In this document: positions 58,312 to 64,000 of the stretch, in pieces
Position numbering within the stretch: position 1 is the first letter of the stretch
How the letters are laid out: each line of letters starts with the position of its first letter
From: a bacterium
GTDB lineage: Bacteria; Bacteroidota; Ignavibacteria; UBA10030
Reading direction: 5' to 3'
NCBI GenBank assembly: GCA_043803945.1
Contig: JAZDJN010000027.1
Location: forward strand, 7,931-71,930
Length of the DNA: 64,000 nt
Notes under the pieces: model-generated
Databases searched by the model: none
The model's input: the letters and a program-made list of their open reading frames with translations, nothing else
Told to the model about the DNA's origin: nothing
Translations under genes and position numbers: made by a program

Positions 58312-58473
58312 GATAGAAATGAAGGCACTCATTGGGCTGTCGGACATGCTGAGTAAATACAAATATTTTTATAATAGGATTTGAGGACCATTCAGTCAAT
58401 GATTGAAGAGGAGTAAACTTGTTCGTGCTAGAACATCAGGCTTGATATGCAACGCTATCTCGATATTGCTAGG

Positions 58474-60294
58474 TCAATCCGGATCGTACCCGATTTCCAA
58501 TCTTGAGAGTTGAATCCCATCCATCAAATGAATTTTTATGAAGCGATGATCCGGTGGAATATTTACAATTGAATACCGCATCGGGATAAAGGCTTTGTAT
58601 TCATTTTTGAATGGCTCGAATATCTCGTATTTCACCGACAGCGAGGAAGGTGTTTCGGGCGAAGCGCCGGAAAAAAATGTTATGCTGCTGTCCCGATTCG
58701 TTGTGGTGATGAAGACGTCGAGTTGAAGTACGGTTGCCTCTTCCGACAGGCGATAGAGAATGTAGTCGCTTCGTTTTCCTTCCAGGCGGTATTGATCTTC
58801 CTTGGCCTTGGCCGCATCCTTATTACGGATGAAGCTTACTCCAGAGGATTTTTCCACCATCAATTTATCATTCTCGAATTCATCGATAAGAATCCGATAT
58901 GGTGCTTCGATGGGTCCTGCAACGGCTGAGGCCTCCGATATCCCGGAAGTATTCTTTGCTCGAATACGGTACGAGTAACTGACACCAGGTTCTGCCGTGG
59001 TATCCGAAAAAAGAGGACGATATCTGACGTTTGCATCGCTGGCGTTGCTGTCGATAACGCTCCAGCGTGAAAAGAAGAGGAGGAACCGATCCTTCCGTTC
59101 AACAAGGTATGATGAGGCGCCTGTCGATCCTTGCCAGGAAATTTTATAGGGAGTCGTTATGGGCAGTATCGTTGGTGCCGCGGGTATCGGGAGAGGCGCA
59201 ACTGGAAGTCCATTAATAGCATAAGCCTTTTCTGTGAAGAGTTGAATGATCTTTTGCTCCTCCCATCGCTGTCCAGATTCAAAGCCGGGCCATCGGTAGG
59301 CATCTGTGTGGTAGTAATAGCCTCCATCACGATTATGCCCGCGCATACTCCACACCATGATTCCGGAAATACCTGATGAAATAACAGCATCGAGCACCAG
59401 GCGCATGCTATCCGCGGGCATGAAGCCAAACTCCCCGACAAAGTACGGTTTCTTCCCCTTTGCTTTTTCCCGCGCTGTGAGCATTAAAGTTATGGTTTGA
59501 TACGCAGGCCGATAATGATGTGTCGAGAGAATATCGATGTTGGGATCGGCAAGAGCTTCGTCCAAGATAGACTGGCTATGAGTTCCTTCGATGACCAGAT
59601 GGTTGGTATCGAGACTTTTGATATAAGCAGCAATTTCTCTTGTCCAAGCGAAGGTCGGTACATCAAGTTCGTTGCCGGTTTCCCATCCGAGAAGAGCTTT
59701 ATCGTCTTTGAAGGGGAGACCGGTATAGGTGTTGACACGATTGACCATGAAGGCAATCGTCTTCTTGAAATCGGCAATCACAACGGAGTCCGTCCAAAAT
59801 GCTTCACGCGGTTTACCGCGTAAACGCCCATAGTCGGTAACACCGCCCCACCACCACCAGTTATCGATCAGAGGGATAATAACACGTACGCCTACCTCAT
59901 TGGCAATCTGGAGAATTTTGTCGTACGCTTTGAACGCTTCTTCGTTAAACTGCCCCGGCCCTTCTACGTGCCTGATGATGCGTGGATCATCGTTCGCTTT
60001 TCGGATCGAAGGAGTATAGAGGCGAGTGACCATTCCGCCCGACTGCTTGATGGCGTTTAGTGCATCACGAATCTCGAATTCGTTCGCCACCCGCCATGGA
60101 TTCGGATCGTCAAATGCCTGATGGTCTTCAATGTAGTGCAGGTTCGGAATATTGTATGAAATGAACCGGAGCTCCCAATCTCCATCCATTAACTTGTCGC
60201 CTGCTGCCGTGATGAAGTGACTGAATTGTCCATTCACAGATTGAATGAGCGTGAAAACGCAGCAGAGTAGAAAGGTGACGAGATTACGGTTCAT
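58474..60294 (-). CDS. GH5-family glycoside hydrolase (mannanase/glucanase-like) with C-terminal accessory beta-sandwich domains
   Basis: Signal peptide at the probable start MNRNLVTFLLCCVF (60294); the ORF is open to 60411. 'LLGWETGNELD' carries the acid/base motif NEL. 'KPYFVGEFGF' is the nucleophile region. 'IDNWWWWGG' is present. Confidence 0.65.
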   Translation of the reverse strand: MNRNLVTFLLCCVFTLIQSVNGQFSHFITAAGDKLMDGDWELRFISYNIPNLHYIEDHQAFDDPNPWRVANEFEIRDALNAIKQSGGMVTRLYTPSIRKANDDPRIIRHVEGPGQFNEEAFKAYDKILQIANEVGVRVIIPLIDNWWWWGGVTDYGRLRGKPREAFWTDSVVIADFKKTIAFMVNRVNTYTGLPFKDDKALLGWETGNELDVPTFAWTREIAAYIKSLDTNHLVIEGTHSQSILDEALADPNIDILSTHHYRPAYQTITLMLTAREKAKGKKPYFVGEFGFMPADSMRLVLDAVISSGISGIMVWSMRGHNRDGGYYYHTDAYRWPGFESGQRWEEQKIIQLFTEKAYAINGLPVAPLPIPAAPTILPITTPYKISWQGSTGASSYLVERKDRFLLFFSRWSVIDSNASDANVRYRPLFSDTTAEPGVSYSYRIRAKNTSGISEASAVAGPIEAPYRILIDEFENDKLMVEKSSGVSFIRNKDAAKAKEDQYRLEGKRSDYILYRLSEEATVLQLDVFITTTNRDSSITFFSGASPETPSSLSVKYEIFEPFKNEYKAFIPMRYSIVNIPPDHRFIKIHLMDGIQLSRLEIGYDPD

Positions 60295-60568
60295 TGAGAT
60301 GGCTCTCGATAAGTGATTACGAGTAAGTGCTCTGCGCACATGGAGCGCAGACCATATCTTGAGTAATGTACTGTACAAGAAAGAAACAAAGTAGCAGAAT
60401 TCTCTTCTCAAGGTTGTTTCGGAATGAAGCTTACTCTGGAAATTATAATCAGAAAGGTAACGTTCTTGTAGTGTGGTTAATAAAAATCGCCCAATCTCCC
60501 TCTCTCCTTGTATTCACTCCCCCAATTACTTTCCTCTCAATCTCCTACACTCATACCCTCTCACACTC

Positions 60569-61756
60569 TTATTGTCGTTTTAAGATTGTAAGGTTTCTCT
60601 TAATAAGCTGTACTCTCTGCTGCACGCTCATTCCTGTGCGTAATCCATCCTCGGGTGTATGAAGCACATAGTCGAGCAGTTTCTCTATGCTTGAGACAGC
60701 GGCATGCATTCTTGTATCAGAAGAACCGTAATAGATAAGTACTTCCCCGTTTGAGCGCATGACCCAGCCACTGCTGAAGACCACGTTGGAAACATCGCCA
60801 ATTCTCTCCATTCCTTCGGGAGCCAGGAAGTATCCGGCCGGCCGGGTCATCACTTTCGAAGGATCTTTCAGATTGGTGAGAAAGAGGTAGAGAACATAGC
60901 GTAATCCGGCGGCGGTGTTGCGTACTCCATGCGCGAGCTGTAGCCAGCCTTTCTCGGTTTTCAAGGGGGCCGGTCCAAGGCCGTTCTTGGCCTCTTTGAT
61001 CGTATGGTATTCTCGGTCGTCGATAATGATCTCACTCTCGATGACAGCATTGTCGATACTGTCGCACATGCCCCAGCCGATCCCGCCGCCCGATCCGGCT
61101 TCGATGAATCCATCCTGCGGCCGGGTGTAGAAAGCATATTTTCCTCGAATGAATTCAGGATGGAGAACGACGTTGCGTTGCTGTGGAGACTTGGTCACCA
61201 AATCCGGTAAGCGCTCCCAGCTCATAAAGTCCTTCGTTCTCACAATTCCACATTGGGCAATCGCAGAAGAGGTGTCAGTTCTTGATACGTTCGGATCTTT
61301 TCGTTCCGTGCAGAAGAGCCCGTAAATCCAGCCGTCTTCATGCTTGACAAGACGCATATCGTATACGTTGATATCCGGATCCGGGGTTTCCGGGAGTACT
61401 ATCGGAAAATCCCAGAATCGGAACTGATCAACACCGCTGCGCGATTCTGCGATGGCGAAGAACGACTTGCGGTCCACGCCTTCCACACGGACCATAAGAA
61501 GGATTTTGCCATGATACTCGATGGCGCCTGCGTTGAAGGTGGCATTCACACCGAGACGCTCCAGCAGGTGCGGATTTGTTTTGTAGTTCAGATCGTATCG
61601 CCAGAAGATAGGCGTATGGTCTGCTGTCAGTACAGGATTGGTATACCGTTGATAAATGCCGTTTCCCGAACTTGACTTTTTATTTTTCTTTGCAAGAAAA
61701 AGCTTCTGCGCAGCAAGAAGCCGTTTGACGTTACGATTGAATTCAGCTTGTGTCAT
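60569..61756 (-). CDS. GH130-family beta-1,4-mannosyl-glucose / manno-oligosaccharide phosphorylase
   Basis: '[17 protein letters not shown]', '[23 protein letters not shown]', '[19 protein letters not shown]' and '[14 protein letters not shown]' form the GH130 five-bladed propeller motif set. The probable start is [13 protein letters not shown] at 61756; the ORF is open to 61825. Confidence 0.7.
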   Translation of the reverse strand: MTQAEFNRNVKRLLAAQKLFLAKKNKKSSSGNGIYQRYTNPVLTADHTPIFWRYDLNYKTNPHLLERLGVNATFNAGAIEYHGKILLMVRVEGVDRKSFFAIAESRSGVDQFRFWDFPIVLPETPDPDINVYDMRLVKHEDGWIYGLFCTERKDPNVSRTDTSSAIAQCGIVRTKDFMSWERLPDLVTKSPQQRNVVLHPEFIRGKYAFYTRPQDGFIEAGSGGGIGWGMCDSIDNAVIESEIIIDDREYHTIKEAKNGLGPAPLKTEKGWLQLAHGVRNTAAGLRYVLYLFLTNLKDPSKVMTRPAGYFLAPEGMERIGDVSNVVFSSGWVMRSNGEVLIYYGSSDTRMHAAVSSIEKLLDYVLHTPEDGLRTGMSVQQRVQLIKRNLTILKRQ

Positions 61757-61805
61757 AACTCTTGTTCCTCTTCCATCGAAAACCGGTACTAGGCCGTTTT
61801 GTTTC

Positions 61806-63686
61806 TCACCGTGATGGCCGCACATCGACCGAATTCACAGGGTCCGGTCCGATTTTTATTCGATTGTCAAAATCCGGAGGCAATGTTTCTTTGCTCAACT
61901 CATCGAGTTTATTCCACCAGGTGAATTTTAAAATGATCGAAGTAATGATTATACTCACCGTCACGTTGAACAGCATATGATATTCTTTGGTGACCAGTGA
62001 TATTGGGAAGAGCACCAATGATACCTGCCAGGTGACACCCACGATGATGTTGAAAAGATCTCGTTTAAAATTTCGATTGGGTTCGAATGCCGGGTAATAC
62101 TTATTGACTTTATGCAAGATCGGTTTCCAAAATCCCCAGGGGCGGACCTGCATATAGAATCGCATAAGCACTTCATCCGCCTCTGGTTTGGTCAATAAGC
62201 TTCCCACGATACAGCCGATCAATGACAGAACGAAGACATAGGGGAACGCCATGATGGGAGCGATGGAAGGGAATGCGACCGGGATGATCATCGATGCAGC
62301 GATGCCGGTGATCATGCCCCAGAAATATCCGTGACCGTTTAACCGCCACCAGTACCATTTGAGCACATTCGATGCAGTATATCCACCATACAGGGCGCTC
62401 ACGATCCATAAGGTAACCTGATTAATCGAGTCGACCATAAAACCGAACACAAAACCGATCAGGACGAAAGCAATGGTTGTAATAATGCTCAACTGTACGT
62501 ATTTTTTTTCTTCTGCATGAGGATTAATGAAGCGTTTGTAAATATCGTTAACCACATAGGCAGGTGCGGCATTAATCGTCGCGGCATAGTTGGACATAAA
62601 CGCTGCAATCAATCCGGAGAGGAGAAGCCCAACCAATCCAACAGGAATGATATTCTTGATGATATTGGGGAGAATCATCTCGAAGTCAATGTTCGGTCCC
62701 ATGTCGCGTAAGTGAGGTGAGAAGTAGACAAGCGCGAGCACGGTAATGCCGGAAATCATCATGTAGCGTGGAAGGATGAGTACAATATTAACGAACCAAT
62801 TCATCTTTGCCGCTTCTTTCGGTGAACGTGTGGCAAGGACTCGCTGCATATCGTAGTTGGGAGCCGGGCCTGCCGCACTTTTCAGAATTCCCTGAAACAA
62901 GACCATCATAAAGAAAAATCCAAAAATGCCATAACCATCCTGTTGGATCTTGGTATTCACTGCGTCGATCAATCCCGTCCAATCCAGGTTCAAATGCCAT
63001 CCAAAAAATGGTGTAAGCCATCCTTCGGGGATCACCTGCCGAAGCTGCTCGGGCGAGATCGAGACGAACGCGAGAAATCCGATTGAAAGAGAAGCGATCG
63101 TCAAGACGATGAATTGGAGAAATTCTGTAATCACAACACTGAACATTCCTCCCTTTGCTGCATAAATGGCTGTCAAGGACATCAGGATGATGGCGTACAT
63201 ATCCGGTGAGATGTCCCATGGAAAAAATATTGCAGCGAATTTCCCTATTCCCTTAAATGCGTAGGCGATAAATCCGATGACGCTCACCAATGCGAATATG
63301 ACGACGCTGATATGCGATAAATTTGCGCCTGTACTGTTCCCAAAGCGTGTTTGGATCCATTGTGCGCCAGTCATGACATTGGATTTTCGCAGCCAGATAG
63401 ACAGAAATACCATGAGGAAAATTTGATTGAAGGTAGGCCAAATCCAGGGAAGCCACACGCTTTTAAAGCCATAGACAAACAGAACATACACTAACCACAT
63501 CGTGCCAGTGATATCGAACATCCCCGATGCATCCGAAACGCCAAGCATCCACCATGGCAGCGTGTTATTGCCAAGGAAATATGAATTGATGTTTTTTACA
63601 GCTCGTTTCGAGACCAGGATGCCCAGGGTGATCGCTACGACAAAATAGGTAATGATGATAATCAGATCGATTGGGTGAATTATCAT
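61806..63686 (-). CDS. Sodium:solute symporter (SSS family) transporter
   Basis: 626 aa with ~14 TM helices. The N-terminus '[46 protein letters not shown]' is a typical SSS family start. It is the first gene of an operon with GH130 and GH5. Confidence 0.7.
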   Translation of the reverse strand: MIIHPIDLIIIITYFVVAITLGILVSKRAVKNINSYFLGNNTLPWWMLGVSDASGMFDITGTMWLVYVLFVYGFKSVWLPWIWPTFNQIFLMVFLSIWLRKSNVMTGAQWIQTRFGNSTGANLSHISVVIFALVSVIGFIAYAFKGIGKFAAIFFPWDISPDMYAIILMSLTAIYAAKGGMFSVVITEFLQFIVLTIASLSIGFLAFVSISPEQLRQVIPEGWLTPFFGWHLNLDWTGLIDAVNTKIQQDGYGIFGFFFMMVLFQGILKSAAGPAPNYDMQRVLATRSPKEAAKMNWFVNIVLILPRYMMISGITVLALVYFSPHLRDMGPNIDFEMILPNIIKNIIPVGLVGLLLSGLIAAFMSNYAATINAAPAYVVNDIYKRFINPHAEEKKYVQLSIITTIAFVLIGFVFGFMVDSINQVTLWIVSALYGGYTASNVLKWYWWRLNGHGYFWGMITGIAASMIIPVAFPSIAPIMAFPYVFVLSLIGCIVGSLLTKPEADEVLMRFYMQVRPWGFWKPILHKVNKYYPAFEPNRNFKRDLFNIIVGVTWQVSLVLFPISLVTKEYHMLFNVTVSIIITSIILKFTWWNKLDELSKETLPPDFDNRIKIGPDPVNSVDVRPSR

Positions 63687-64000
63687 AGATGAGTTCTTTC
63701 CATCAATGGAATAGTATTTCCCCGGTTTCAGGCATAAAGGATGCCAAACCTACAAAGGCATATTATGCTGTCATTCCCCAATAATACTATGCCTGATTTA
63801 TCAGCATAATAATCTTTTATGGAATTGATAAAAAATCGGGTTATGATAGCGAGTTACCGGGAAAAAGTGAGTGCAAAATGTGAAATTCTGCACCCATTTA
63901 ATGGCAAAGACTTTGCTCATTCTCTAATGCCTAAACTCTCAAATGTAACTCATTCAGGTGTGGAGGGTATATGTTCCTGTCGAGCGCCAGGATTTCAAGA

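Noticed and set aside
1-64000. I looked for CRISPR arrays, rRNA genes, transposases, integrases and toxin-antitoxin pairs.
   Set aside because: I found no regularly spaced direct repeats with unique spacers, no rRNA-like conserved stretches, and no ORF with DDE, tyrosine-recombinase or serine-recombinase motifs. The only mobile-looking sequences are the short non-autonomous MITE-like repeats.

Overview
This 64 kb window looks like chromosomal DNA from a Bacteroidota/Ignavibacteriota-type (FCB group) bacterium. Four secreted enzymes end in the T9SS C-terminal sorting domain (a '...YPNPFN...' beta-sandwich tail) and there are no SusC/SusD pairs. GC content is about 47% overall, but one island of about 3.8 kb (10.7-14.5 kb) is clearly AT-rich. 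Contents in order:
- (1) A pectate-lyase-like T9SS cargo protein and a peptidase-MA-like lipoprotein.
- (2) A cell-surface-signalling module: ECF sigma factor, FecR anti-sigma, OM beta-barrel, DUF2807 lipoprotein, STN-domain TonB-dependent transducer and DUF4249.
- (3) A low-GC island of three unrecognised secreted or membrane proteins, one with a degenerate FGE-sulfatase-like C-terminal region.
- (4) An M16 peptidase, a Tat-signal DUF362 protein and two small membrane proteins.
- (5) A synthase-dependent exopolysaccharide-like locus (polytopic membrane protein, WecB, a 1331-aa membrane-anchored deacetylase/GH-like giant, a processive GT2 synthase with QxxRW, and a putative outer-membrane barrel protein). 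This is my best candidate for an undescribed system.
- (6) nhaA and small membrane proteins.
- (7) A trehalose module in which OtsA carries an N-terminal two-TM sensor plus HAMP-like extension, followed by otsB and a TreT-type trehalose synthase.
- (8) pcm, an APC permease and fba.
- (9) A minus-strand tRNA-Arg/Glu/Gln cluster, with a partial tRNA 3'-end duplicate nearby and a 5'-truncated GH31 gene abutting it.
- (10) A mannan/glucomannan utilisation locus: GH5 mannanase, a GH2 beta-mannosidase broken by a 35-bp tandem duplication, a CE2 esterase, a gluconolactonase-like T9SS protein, GH5 and GH9 T9SS enzymes, and a convergent operon of Na+/solute symporter, GH130 and GH5.
- Also present: three copies of an ~100-145 bp MITE-like repeat with terminal inverted repeats and a G/C-rich palindromic cluster between convergent genes.
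- No CRISPR array, rRNA or recognisable transposase or integrase was seen.
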